Assembly: GCF_020745735.1 (NCBI RefSeq)
Contig: NC_083412.1
Span: forward strand, 66,554,320 to 66,618,319
DNA length: 64,000 bases
Source of the DNA: Hemiscyllium ocellatum
Lineage: Eukaryota
Direction: 5' to 3'
Shown: one piece after another, positions 35,436 to 47,965 of the stretch
How the letters are laid out: every line of letters starts with the position of its first letter
Numbering within the stretch: the stretch's first letter is position 1
Made by a program: the position numbers and the translations under genes
Notes under the pieces: model-generated
The model's input: the letters and a program-made list of their open reading frames with translations, nothing else
Database searches by the model: none
What the model was told of the DNA's origin: nothing

Positions 35436-35647
35436 TGACTTGGAGATGCCGGTGTTGGACTGGGGTGTACAAAGTTAAAAATCACACAACACCAGGCTAT
35501 AGTCCAACAGGTTTAATTGGAAGTACATTAGCTTTTGGAGCGCCGGTCCTTCATCAGGTGATTGTGATGAAGGAGCGTCACTCCGAAAGCTAGTGTGCTT
35601 CCAATTAAACCTGTTGGACTATAACCTGGTGTTGTGTGATTTTTAAT
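35436..35647 (-). mobile_element. Fold-back PLE mini-element, family B, 13-bp TSD
   Basis: TSD TTAGATCAAGATA at 35423-35435 and 35648-35660; inverted arms TAGTCCAACAGGTTTAATTGGAAG / CTTCCAATTAAACCTGTTGGACTA. Confidence 0.88.
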
Positions 35648-36574
35648 TTAGATCAAGATAGGAAGTTGACAGTCTGGGCTGGCCACTAAACCACCAGGTG
35701 TGATGAAATGAACATAACGCATTTTGAAACATTCACAGAAAATGTCATTCTTGATGGGAGCTAGGAAGGAAAAAAAGGGGGAAGGGAGGGAATACCGCAG
35801 AGAGGATACAAATGATGAGAGGGAAACAGGATTGCATCTTCATAGCATTTTCATGACCACTACCTGTAATTTATATCCAGTCATGTACTGTTTACGTTTC
35901 ATCACTGTTTTGATGTAAGTTAAGGCATTATGTTTCTGTGAGAGGGCAAAACTCCTGCCTGGTAGAATCCAAATAGATTTGTGAAAGAGATGTGCATAGA
36001 TATGGAAGGTAACGATATGTTTCAGATCTTTGGAGAAGGAAAGACTGTAAGTAAGAAAGATAATTGCAGATGAATATTGTGCAGGAGGCTGATGATCGAT
36101 GTTTTGAAACTGAAGCGAGAGAACCGATCACTGACGCCAAAAGTGGAAGTTAGTGTTAAGGAATTTACTGGGAACATTGTTGACTAAGCAAGCGAGGAGT
36201 CTCATGGAAAACTCAACTTGGAGTGTTCACTGAAAGCAAAGAAAAAGAAGATATAAGGAGATGAAAGAAAAGGAAAGGTTTTTCGCTTAAATAATGGCTT
36301 TCATGATCTGAGGGTATTTCAAAACGGTTATGTACTTTCTTTAAGCAAAGTGAAATCACGATTGTAAGATAGGAAATCAGATGGATCAGAAGCTAAATAT
36401 ATGGCATGGTTTGTGTGAGTGTTTTGGCAGGACCCTTCTGGAGGTGGGATGTATTTGACATGAACAAGGAAGGTGAAGGAAACAGTAGCGGCAACCAATT
36501 GGGTGATCTTTAATGATGTAAGAAACCCATAAATTCATTTTAAAGTCTGTTAAATGTGAGATTGGAAGGCTTAG

Positions 36575-37534
36575 ATAGAGTCATAGAGGTGTATAGCATG
36601 GAAACAGACCCTTCGGTCCAACCCAATCTAGTCCCACCTGCCAGCACTCGGCCCATATCCCTCCAAACCCTTCCTATTCATATACCCATCCAAATGCCTC
36701 TTAAATGTTGCAATTGTACCAGCCTCCACCACATCCTCTGGCAGCTCATTCCATACACGTACCACTCTCTGCATGAAAAGGTTTCCCCTTAGGTCTCTTT
36801 TATATCTTTCTCCTCTCACCCTAAACCTATGCCCTCTAGTTCTGGACTCCCTGACCCCAGGGAAAAGACTTTGTCTATTTATCCGTGCGCCTCATAATTT
36901 TGTAAACCTTAGCCTTGGACGCTCCAGGGAAAACAGCCCCAGCCTGTTCAGCCTCTCTTTACAGCTCAAATCCTCCAACCATGGCAGCATTCTTGTAAAT
37001 CTTTTCTGAACCCTTTCAAGTTTCACAATATCTTTCCGATAGGAAGGAGACAAGAATTGCATGCAATATTCCAACAATGGCCTAACCAATGTCCTGTACA
37101 GCCACAACATGACCTCCCAACTCCTGTACTCAGTACTCTGACCAATAAAGGAAAGCCTACCAAATGGCTTCTTCACTATCCTATCTACCTGCGACTCCAC
37201 TTTCAAGGAGTTATGAACCTGCACTCCAAGGTCTCTTTGTTCAGCAACACTCCCTAGGACCTTACCATTAAGTGTATAAGTCCTGCTAAGATTTGCTTTC
37301 CCAAAATGCAGCACCTCACATTTATCTGAATTGAACTCCATCTGCCACTTCTCAGCCTATTGGCCCATCTGGTCCACATCCAGTTGTAATCTGAGGTAAC
37401 CCTCTTCACTGTTCACTACACCTCCAATTTTGGTATCATCTGCAAACTTACTAACTGTACCTCTTATGCTCGCATCCAAATCATTTATGTAAATGACAAA
37501 AAGTAGAGGACACAGCACCGATCTTTATGGCACC
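36575..37534 (-). mobile_element. CR1 (HER1-like) LINE 3' part
   Basis: ORF track 36892-37341: MEFNSDKCEVLHFG...LVRPLLEYCMQF; tail. Confidence 0.92.
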
Positions 37535-38474
37535 ATAAGACCATAAGACATAGGAGTGGAAGTAAGGCCATTCGGCCCATCGAGCCCACTCCACCATTCA
37601 ATCATGGCTGATGGGCATTTCAACTCCACTTACCCGCATTTTCCCCATAGCCCTTAATTCCTTGAGACATCAAGAATTTATCAATCTCTGCCTTGAAGAC
37701 ATTTAGCGTCCCAGCCTCCACTGCAATCTGTGGCAATGAATTCCACAGGCCCACCACTCTCTGGCTGAAGAAATGTCTCCGCATTTCTGTTCTGAATTGA
37801 CCCCCTCTAAGTCTAAGGCTGTGTCCACGGGTCCTAGTCTCCTCACCTAATGGAAACAATTTCTTAGCATCCACCCTTTCCAAGCCATGTATTATCTTGT
37901 AAGTTTCTATTAGATCTCCCCTTAATCTTCTAAACTCCAATGAATACAATCCCAGGATCCTCAGCCGTTCCTCGTATGTTAGACCTACCATTCCAGGGAT
38001 CATCCGTATGAATCTCTGCTGGACATGCTCCAGTGCCAGTATGTCCTTCCTGAGGTGCGGGGACCAAAACTGGACACAGTACTCCAAATGGGGCCTAACC
38101 AGAGCTTTATAAACTCTCAGTAGCACAATGGTGCTTTTATATTCCAACCCTCTTCTGAGAAATGACAACATTGCATTCGCTTTCTTAATCACGGACTCAA
38201 CCTGCATGTTTGCCTTTAGAGAATCCTCGACTAGTACTCCCAGATCCCTTTGTACTTTGGCTTTATGAATTTCTCACTGTTTAGAAAGTAGTCCATGCTT
38301 GTATTCTTTTTTCCAAAGTGCACGACCTTGCATTTGCTCACATTGAATTCCATCAGCTATTTCCTGGACCACTCTCCCAAACTTTCTAGATCCTTCTGTA
38401 GCCTCCCCACTTCCTCAGTACTACCTGCCTGTCCACCTAACTTCATATCATTGGCAAACTTCGCTAGAATGCTC
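37535..38474 (-). mobile_element. Second, younger CR1 LINE 3' part
   Basis: 195-aa ORF 37620-38207 ([15 protein letters not shown]...VFKAEIDKFL); 3' tandem tail ACCATAAGACCATAAG on the plus strand. Confidence 0.92.
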
Positions 38475-39628
38475 CCACTTCTCTCTTTCCCACCGCACCA
38501 ACCAGTACCCTTCCACTGACACCCTCCTTCGACTGATTGAACTGGTCCTCACCCTGAACAACCTCTCTTTCTAATCCTCCCACTTCCTCCAAACCATAGG
38601 AGTAGCCACGGGCACCCGCATGGGCCCCAGCTATGCCTGCCTCTTCATAGGATATGTGGAACAGTCCATCCTCTGCAGCTACACTGGCACCACCACCCAC
38701 CTTTTCCTCTGCTACATCGATGACTGTATCGGCGCTGCCTCGTGCTCCCACGAGGTGGTTGAACAGTTCATCCACTTTACCAATACTTTCCACCCCAACC
38801 TCAAATTTACCTGGACCTCTCAGACTCCTCCCTCCCCTTCCTAGACCATTCCATTTCTATCTCGGGTGACCGAATCAATATGGACATTTACTATAAACTG
38901 ACCGACTCCCACAGCTACCTAGATTACACTCCTCCTACCCTGTCCCCTGTAAAAACGCTATCCCGTACTCCCAATTCCTTTGTCTCTGCCGCATCTGCTC
39001 CAGGAGGGCCAGTTCTGCACCTCCACACACATCATTTTCTGCATCTACTGCACCCGATGTGGCCTCCTCTATATTGGGGAGACAGGCCGCCTACTTGCGG
39101 AACGTTTCAGGGAACACCTCTGGGACACCATGACCAACCAACCCAACCACCCCGTGGCTCAACACTTCAATTCCCCCTCCCACTCCGCCAAGGACATGCA
39201 GGTCCTTGGACTCCTCCATTGCCAGGCCATTGCAACACGACGGCTGGAGGAAGAGTGCCTCATCTTCCGTCTAGAAACCCTCCAACCACAAAGAATGAAC
39301 TCAGAGTTCTCCAGTTTCCTAATTTCCCCTCCCCCCACCTTGTCTCAGTCAAATCCCTCGAACTCAGCACCGCCTTCCTAACCTGCAATCTTCTTCCTGA
39401 CCTCTCCGCCCCCACCCCCACTCTGGCCTATCACCCTCACCTTGACTTCCTTCCACTATCGCATTTCCAATGCCCCTCCCCCAAGTCCCTCCTCCCTACC
39501 TTTTATCTTAGCCTGCTGGACACACTTTCCTCATTCCTCAAGAAGGGCCCATGCCCGAAACGTCGACTTTCCTGCTCCTTGGATGCTGCCTGACCTGCTG
39601 CGCTTTTCCAGCAACATATTTTCAGCTC
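38475..39628 (+). mobile_element. Penelope-like element (RT fragment, GIY-YIG endonuclease, pLTR), family A, internally deleted
   Basis: MGPSYACLF...YIDDCIG...FHPNLKFTW (RT); CTRCGLLYIGETGRLLAERFREH...HPVAQHFN (GIY-YIG); pLTR with mutated core CTCAAGAAGGGCCCATGCCCGAAACGTC. Confidence 0.92.
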
Positions 39629-39629
39629 C

Positions 39630-39945
39630 GGTGTACAAGAACACCCAGATCTCTTTGTACTGCCCCTTTACTTAACAAGACTCCACTTAGGTAGTAACGC
39701 CTTACTGAAGTCCATATAGATCACATCTACTGCTCTGCCCTCATCAAAAAATTCAATCAAGTTTGTGAGACATGATTTCACGCACAAAGTCATGTTGACT
39801 ATCCTGAATCAATCCTTGCCTTTCCAAATACATGTACATCCTGTCCCTCAGGATCCCCTCCAACAACTTGCCCACCACTGAGGTCAGGCTCACCGGTCTA
39901 CAGTTCCCTGGCTTATCCTTATCATCCTTCTTAAACAGTGGCAGT
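39630..39945 (-). mobile_element. CR1 RT fragment
   Basis: PLFKKDDKDKPGNCRPVSLTSVVGKLLEGILRD. Confidence 0.85.
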
Positions 39946-40342
39946 GTATATGGCAATCAATTGATGGTATGTTTGCCACTCAGAATGATCTGACTCTATT
40001 GGGTAATATCAGGAAAGCAGAATAAGGTTTAACAGCACTTATGAGTGGACAACACCCTGTCACAGATAGTGAAGCCAGTTGTGCAGCAGATACATTCAGT
40101 GTTTTAATGTATGGTCTTTCAGTTATAATCTCCCAAAATGAATTTAAAACTGGACTCTAAAATCAACAGAATGGAGAATAGGAAATTAGTTTATGGTTTA
40201 AGGAAGAATCCTGCGCAGGACACCAGGTGAATTCTTTATTCTTCTTCATAAAACCCTATGTTATAGGAGCAGAATTAGGTCATTTGATCCAGTAAATTTT
40301 CTCCACCATTTGATCATGGCAGATATGTTTCTCAACACTGTT

Positions 40343-40654
40343 TGATTAGATTAGACTTACAGTGTGGAAACAGGCCCTCCGGCCCAACAAGTCCACACCG
40401 ACCCGCCGAAGCGCAACCCACCCATACCCCTACATTTACCCCTTACCTAACACTACGGGCAATTTAGCATGGCCAATTCACCTGAGCCGCACATCTTTGG
40501 ACTGTGGGAGGAAACCGGAGCACCCGGAGGAAACCCACGCAGACACGGGGAGAACGTGCAAACTCCACACAGTCAGTCGCCTGAGTCGGGAATTGAACCC
40601 GGGTCTACAGGCGCTGTGAGGCAGCAGTGCTAACCACTGTGCCACCGTGCCGCC
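40343..40654 (-). mobile_element. Full-length young HE1-like V-SINE with 7-bp TSD, nested in a CR1 tail
   Basis: TSD CACTGTT at 40336-40342 and 40655-40661; intact A/B boxes, V-domain and CpGs. Confidence 0.93.
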
Positions 40655-40995
40655 CACTGTTCTCCTGCCTTTTCCCTGTTACCTTTGATCCATTTACTAA
40701 TCAAGAACCTATCTATTATCTATCTTAAGTACACTCAATGACTTGAATAGAAAGATTATCCAATCTTTTATGTCCACCTGAACAACCCATGTGCCCTTGA
40801 ATTAGTTTCATTCAAAAGACTGAAACTTAAATTTTGAAGCATTCTGCTAATTTGTGTCATATTTTAATAATTATTTTTTGCCTTACTGGGGAAATGTTGG
40901 AAGTATTAGCAAACTGAAAGTGGAATTGCAGAATCCCCATGTGACCCCTGAGGAATGTGCTGATCCATAAGGGTGTGTTGTTTGTGTGAACTCAC

Positions 40996-41101
40996 CTGTA
41001 ACTCCACAAGAGTTGCATGCCAGTGTCATGAACTGTGCAGCATCAGTGTCAAGAAAGTCTTGGGGAAGTTGCAGCTTCTGAAGAAATCCCGTGACTGGAA
41101 T
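40996..41101 (-). other. Candidate 5'-UTR exon of the HHLA2-like gene
   Basis: Long polypyrimidine tract TTCTTCTTGTTCCTTTCTTTT...ATATCAG| and donor ACAG|GTGAGT around a 106-nt non-repetitive segment. Confidence 0.5.
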
Positions 41102-41945
41102 CTGATATGTTGGACAAGATTCAAAAGAAAGGAACAAGAAGAACTGAAAACAAAACTGAGCACATTTATGGGCTGAATTTTACCTCAAATATACTGTGTC
41201 AGTTTTGATGCATTTCATGAAGTTTTTTGTGAACTCACCTTATTAACTATGCACCATGCCACTATGGCACCCTACTAATTGTATTTTCCCACTCCTCACA
41301 GACAGAAGTACGCAGCCACTGGTGAGATCTTTTTCAGCTCTAGCAGAGCTTGAGATATTTCTTTGTCCAAATGTTACACCAGAACTTTTCTCCTTTTGTG
41401 TCACGTACACTAAATTGTTTGCATCCTTTCATATTTCACCAACATTACAATTTCTTGCTCCTATTACCAGTGTGCTCTCCATAAATCCAACTGTTAACCT
41501 GAGCATCAAGTAATTAGGTAAATGGGCTGAATTAGGTCAGTTATAGGTTAGAAATACAAAGTTGCAAAGCCTATTTCTCAGTCACAATCTAAGTGTGGAT
41601 GGGTCCAATCAATTTTTGATTTACTAATGGGATGTGAACATCACTGGCTGGGCCATTTATTGTCCACTCCTCGTTGCCCTTGAGAGGCTGTGTCCTTGAA
41701 CAGATGTTGTTCATTTGCTGTAGGTAAATCCACAATGACATTAAGGAGGGGGATTCAGGATTTTAACCCAATACAGCATATAGCACTGGTGTGCTCAATC
41801 TGTACCACATGCCATTTTGGTTGGCCCATCTGCTGCCTGTGATTTAGTTATCTCACATTTCTAATGGAATTAAAGAACAGTAATATCATTCTTATTTTTG
41901 CAGAAGTGTCAGTACATCATTCTCACCCATTCCATGGTACCATAA

Positions 41946-42685
41946 TGTTGCAAAATTGATGTGTATAAAATTGTAAAATGGGAAAAGCATTTTTAAGATG
42001 GTGTCTTTTTCTATGCTTATTAGAGATTTTAAAAAATGGATGTCTGTGAACAGCACTTTAAGGTTTGCAGGAACAGAGAGCAGTTGAATTGAAACATTTT
42101 GTATCAAAAGGCTAAGTAGTAGTTTTTATCAAGACAACAGGTTTTAAATTTAGCCAAACAATTTAAATCAGGCACTTAGCTACCAAAAAACCTATTAAAT
42201 TTAAATCTGATGGTTTTGACAACATAGGACCAATCCTCTTGTAAGAAATTGATATTTCATCAGAGGTATATAAGAAGGAGGCAATTGGACAGAGCCCCAG
42301 GCCTAACAGCTCTCAGCTCTTAAAAAGAGACTAAATTCTATTTTGAGAGACTAAATTCTATTGTTTTGTTATATAAGTGGGTCTTGTCTTTATTGTAACA
42401 GCATACCATTATTCGGGAACAGTTAAGAGTTAGAGGGGAATTGTTTGGTCTGTTAATAATTTAGTTAATTTGTTCACTGTTAGAGTTAGATAAATAAAGT
42501 GGATTATAAAGTGAGTGTCAGGGATTTCTTTTACTTAACCATCAGAAATTGCTGAACAAAAAATGGATTACACCCCTTCTCACACTCCTTTTAACAGATT
42601 AGAAGATGAGGCACTCCCCTTTGGTAGCTTCAGTTTTAGTTCATGGTGGGGGGAGGGGTAGGTAGTCAACCTCTGCTTAATAACA
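41946..42685 (+). mobile_element. Putative solo LTR (Gypsy-like)
   Basis: TGTT...AACA ends, CCAAT (~42230), TATATAAG (~42267) and AATAAA (~42492) in LTR order; left boundary uncertain, no TSD seen. Confidence 0.45.
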
Positions 42686-42774
42686 AACTCCATAAACTCG
42701 GAGTGAACTATGCCCTACAGTTGCTACTAGGCCTTGCAACCGATGGCACAATACCACATTGTATTTGTAGTGAC

Positions 42775-42978
42775 TGTAACAAGGTCAGCCAGGAATGAGT
42801 TCCCTGATTGGCACTGTTAATCTGATCCAATTAGGAAGCCGTGGTTGACAGATGAAAACAGGACTGTCAGATATCCTGCTTACTGTAACAGCTGGCTCTG
42901 AGGAAGCTAGATCAGTGACAAGGACTCTCCACTTGTAAATAAAGGTGATGGGATGTTGGCCTCTGTGAAATTATTTCG
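42775..42978 (+). mobile_element. Short putative solo LTR
   Basis: TGTAAC start, ATTGG/CCAAT boxes, AATAAA, TTATTTC(G) end; resembles short shark LTRs by eye. Confidence 0.5.
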
Positions 42979-43799
42979 GTACTCACTGAAAATGAGTATC
43001 GTTCCCTAATGTATAAATGTGACAGTGACTATAGACATGGTTCTGAGAATCTTTCTGGGTGCACCAAAGCAGACTACATGAGTTTTTGAATCTAACCATG
43101 AGGCATATTGTTCATGCAAATCAGGAATGTGTGTTCCTATTGCAGATCACTGCAAAGTTGACAACATCATCTGATATGCGATGATCAGTCTTTAAAGTGA
43201 GTGCTGCAGATTGCCGACAAAATACACGCTTGTGCTTAACTGAATGTTAAATTCGAAGGAACAAGAGGGATCTTTCAAAAGCAGTTTGAGTCCCTATTTT
43301 GCATAGAGGCCCCCATCCACAACCATAAAACTGTAGGAACAGAAGTAGGCCATTTACCCGTGAGACATTGTATTATAGGTCTCTTTACTAACCCACTCAC
43401 AAGCACTTGACATTTACTCATTCGTAACTCCTTTACTAATCCACTCACAACTGAACACCACGTTCCTGTTTCATTCATTCATAACTCCCACTATAACACG
43501 GTTTCATTCATTCAAAAAGCCACAGTTTTATAGTACATTTTTACTACTGCAAGATAGATTAAAATGAAAACATTACTTCCAACCCATTACTGCTTCTTCG
43601 CACCTTTGATGCTTATCAGGCCTATTTCTACATCAAAATCTGCCTCTGAATAGATGTCAATATCGTAAATAATACCGTCCCCATAAAGTCTCTACAAAAC
43701 ATCATCATATAAATCAGCCCTTCCCAACTGTCTCTCAGATCTGAATAGATTACAGAACACCAAACAGTTTCCCCAATTAGTATGTACCCTTTTACTGGG

Positions 43800-44068
43800 G
43801 TCGAGAGTTTGTTGCTGGAAAAGCACACAGGCCAGGCAGCATCTGAGGAGCAAGAGAATCAACATTTTGGGCAAAAGCCCTTCATCAGGAGAGATAAATG
43901 GGAGGGAGATGAGGCTCACCACCCCCTCAGCCCACAGTTTCATTCCTGATGAAGGGCTTTTGCCCAAAACATCGATTCTCCTGCTCCTTGGACACTGCCT
44001 GACCTGCTGTGCTTTTCCAGCACCACACTCTGGACTCTAATCTCCAGCATCTGCAGTACTCACTTGTG
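43800..44068 (+). mobile_element. Fold-back PLE mini-element, family A
   Basis: Two opposed hammerhead cores, both GAAA>AAAA; TSD-like CCTTTT(A)ACTGGG on both flanks. Confidence 0.85.
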
Positions 44069-45699
44069 CCTTTTAACTGGGTCCTATCCCTTTAAGAAAT
44101 TAACTGTCAAAACAGCATTTATGTGAAATTGCATGAATGAATGAAACTCAGACCAGCAAATAGTAAACAAATCTCACAACCCAGCGGCAGTAATCAGTTT
44201 AATATCCTTTATTCTTTTATTAAGTAAAGGTATAATTTCTGACTTATTTAGAACATATGGGCCTAGTGTTTTTACTAACTTAAAAGACAAACGACAAACA
44301 CCTCTTAATTTTGCAAGCAGACCATACAGACACTCTTAATCCCATCAGAAGTAGCAGGCAGCACTCAATACACTTCAACCCACCTCCGGTCTCAAACCTT
44401 TGTATACTATGAATAAAGCATTGCAACACCATAATGCTGGAATTTTAATACATGTAAGAACTCTGTGTAAACAGGCTACTATAAAAACTGTATTTCTGGA
44501 TTCTATTGCCGCCTCAAACTTGTGCTACTGTGATTACTGAATAAAAGAGGCTATTATCGCCAATCCCTGATTTCAGTCATTGTTTGAACATGATCCCACA
44601 AGTCCATTAAGACTGCTCCACCATTCAATGAAATCATGGCTGATCTGACAATCCTTAATTCCACTTTCCTGTTTCTTCCCTACAACCCATTACTGACCAA
44701 ACCACTGTCTATCCCTGTGTTGAATACACTTAATGAATAGGAAAAAGTGAGGACTGCAGGTGTTGGAGATGTCAGAGTCAAAAAGGGTGATACTGGAAAA
44801 GCATAACAGGTCAGGCAACATCCAAGGACCAAGAGAGTCGACATTTTGGGCATAATGACTGAGCCTCAACAACACTCTTGTGTGAAATTCTTTACCACAA
44901 TCAGTGCACTCCTCCTTTTCTCTGTTTCGTACATTATACTGAGATTATGCCCTAGACTATCCCACTTTTCATATCTACCCTGTCAATTCACCTAGCAATT
45001 TTGTATATTCAATAAGGTCCCATCTAATTTCTCACATACCAACAAGTATAGGCCCAAACTACTCAGCCTCTTCTTATAAGCCAGTCTGCCCATACCCAGA
45101 GTACCTGCCTTTGTTAGGTAAGGTTAAGTAATCCAGTTGAATTATGATCAGTGCTTTGCAGAGTTTAGCCAGCATCACCTTGGTTTGATATCCATTTGCC
45201 TTTGAAATAAAGGCTAATATTCCATTTATCTTCATTATTACCTTCTGAACTTGTTTGCTCACTTCTTGAGGTTTATTCATGAAGATTCCTAAATCCCTCT
45301 AATTTGTAACTTTCTGCGGTTTTTTTTCATTTAAATCACACAAGTGCCTCTGTTCTTCTTGCCAAAATGCATAATCTCACATTTGCTAATATTATTTATT
45401 GTGTGCTCTTGCCTACTTGCTGAACCTGTCTGTAGCCCTCTGGGGGCTCTATTGTGACGTCCTCGCTATTTGTTTTCCATTATGTGCTATTTCGCAAACT
45501 TGGCAATAGTGCACCTGGTTTCCTCTTACGAGTCATAATAAAGTTTAACACTTTTAAGGCCCCAGCACTGACCCCTCTGGCATGTTACTGGTTAAATGTT
45601 GTAATCCTGAAAATGCTCCTGTTATCCTAATTAGCTGTCTTGTATTAGGCAAATCTTGATCCAAAGTAATGTACTAGTATTCCAAATCCACACTAGCGT

Positions 45700-46970
45700 A
45701 CAACTATTCTGAATCCACATCTCTGCCCCACAGCACCAACCCCTCACGTCCTTTGTGCAGCCAATTCACTCCTTCAAAAACTCCTCACCATCTTTTGCCC
45801 ACTTGCACCATCTCTAAGAGCTGTGCCATCCACTTTTGTCTCCCTCAATCCCTCCTTTTCTATCTAGGAGAAGACAGCCCATCACAGAGCAGAGAGATCC
45901 ACCAAGCCCCGATGGGTGCAGTTGTGCCGGACATTAGGCTCTGGATCCCTGATGAAGAGAGAACCTGGCTAATGCTGGAGAGCTCAAGGACTGCTTCTGT
46001 GGGGATGCAGAGGCATCCATGTTCTGCTAAATGAGTAAGGGCTACTTGTTATTCCACTACAACTCTCACATTAACTTAACTGTCAGCATCATCTATTGCG
46101 CATGACTGCCATCCACTGGCTGCAATATCAGTCTCTCTCAGGTATAGCCCACATGCCTACCATGACTATGGTGGAATGCCCAGCTCTCCCAGAAGTCACG
46201 TCTTTAGCCTCTGAGGATGAGAAGTATTCAGGCTGCCTCCTGTATTTCCTATCAGCTCAGATACTGACACCTCAGTGGGAATGTTAGGCTTAGAGAGTGT
46301 GGGAGCTCAAACTGGTGAGCATCTCACTGTGGCAAATCCTCAGCTTTCCAAGGAAGAAAAAGACCCAGGTAAGTGGAACTTGGAGGGTAATCAGAGATCA
46401 GGCATAGCCCAGACACAAGATAACCCAGGGGCTTTAGCAATCACTACCGTTTTAGGCCCTCCCTCCGCATACAACATCCCTACTCCTTCGCAGCCTCTGT
46501 GTCCAAAAGAGCTAGAGTGATTGACTTGTTCAGTGATGCCTGTGATTGGGAGATGCAAAACACAGACGAGGGGTAATGCCATAAGGTGGCTAGGGAAATG
46601 GGAACCCGCCGTACATGGGTCTGTGTGCAATTGTTGTTCCTTTAAATGCCCTCACATCAGTGGGTACTATAGGCGAGTACTCTCATGGGTCAAGTTACTT
46701 ACCCTGCACACTCTGAGTGTTATCATAGACATTTTCATCCATAATACATACTTTTGTTTTCCAGCATGATGGAAAGTGGCAGTGAATGTTTCTCAGTCAG
46801 TAGCTTATAGACTCTGCCTCAAGATGTTGGTGAATCCCCAAACATCCAAACGCGTTTCCTCGCAGCATTTTCTGTGAATCCTACAGGCTTCACATTTCCC
46901 CAGATCCGCAGACAACCCTTCGACATGTGCCTCGACCTGGCCACCTTTCTGCCCAGCCCTTGACATATGA
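45700..46970 (+). mobile_element. Harbinger ORF2 (Myb/SANT-like) remnant
   Basis: EKTAHHRAER and GAVVPDIRLWIPDEER resemble the post-SANT EK.AHNRRER...GG.PDIR..TP.EER segment. Confidence 0.55.
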
Positions 46971-47073
46971 GGTGCCCATAGGAGAAAGTGAGGACTGCAA
47001 ATGCTGGAGATCAGAGCTGAAAATGTGTTGCTGGAAAAGCGCAGCAGGTCAAGCAGTATCCAAGGAGCTGGAG

Positions 47074-47109
47074 AATCGACGTTTCGGGCATGAGCCCTTC
47101 TTCAGGAAT
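47074..47109 (-). ncRNA. Minimal type I hammerhead ribozyme, family A (intact core, weak stem I)
   Basis: ATTC-CTGAAGA-A-GGGC-TCAT-GCCC-GAAA-C-GTC-GATT, within a PLE end at about 46981-47250. Confidence 0.65.
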
Positions 47110-47930
47110 GAGGTATGATCATTCACTGCAATCCACCACTGCTCCACATGAAGCCAGAGTACTGTTGACTGAGGATAGGCCAAAACCCCATCCTCTCACC
47201 ACACCACCCAAACACACACCCACCCTACACCCACCCCCCCACCTCCACAGATACTCCTGACATTGAGCTAAGCCTTGGCAGATTCGATTCTGCCACAATG
47301 CCATATAGCCCATCTCACATAACCCATATTGGGTTTCACCCAATCTTTTCTCGGTCAGTGAAATTAAAGCGCTCCGAAAGCTAGTGTGTTTCAAGTAAAC
47401 CTGTTGGACTATAACCTGGTGTTGTGTGATTTCAAACAGTGAAATTAAAAGAAGTCTTGCTTATATCTATGACAATTCAGTAAATTGTGTGCCTGTGGAC
47501 ATCAGACATGCACAGTATCAGGTTTGACAAAAATCATTAAATCAAACAGTATAGCTGTCGTATGAACCTTCATATTAAATCAAAGTCCAGCACTAAAGAT
47601 CAAGTCACAGCATAACTTTAACTTTGTTACAGATTTTGTAATGTTTAGAACAAGCTTACTTACATTTTCCAGACTTCTTTCAGTCCACTTTGTCCTGTAG
47701 TTTCTTTTACATTTTAGTCCATTTCTATTACTCACTAAACTTTAACATTAAACCAATTTGAAGAGCAACTAGTTACAAAATAATTCACCTTTGGAACAAT
47801 CCACGCCCATCACAATGCAAGTTGACGCAGCTGTTTTACTCACACTGGGAGGTATAACATACCTCTATAGCAACAAAGTTAAAAATCACACAACAACTAG
47901 GTTATAGTCCAACAGGTTTAATTGGAAGCA

Positions 47931-47965
47931 CACTAGCTTTCGGAACGCCGCTCCTTCATCAGGTG
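47931..47965 (-). ncRNA. Minimal type I hammerhead ribozyme, family B (intact core)
   Basis: CAC-CTGATGA-A-GGAGC-GGC-GTTCC-GAAA-G-CTA-GTG; palindromic AGCT stem III, CUA cleavage triplet. Confidence 0.7.
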
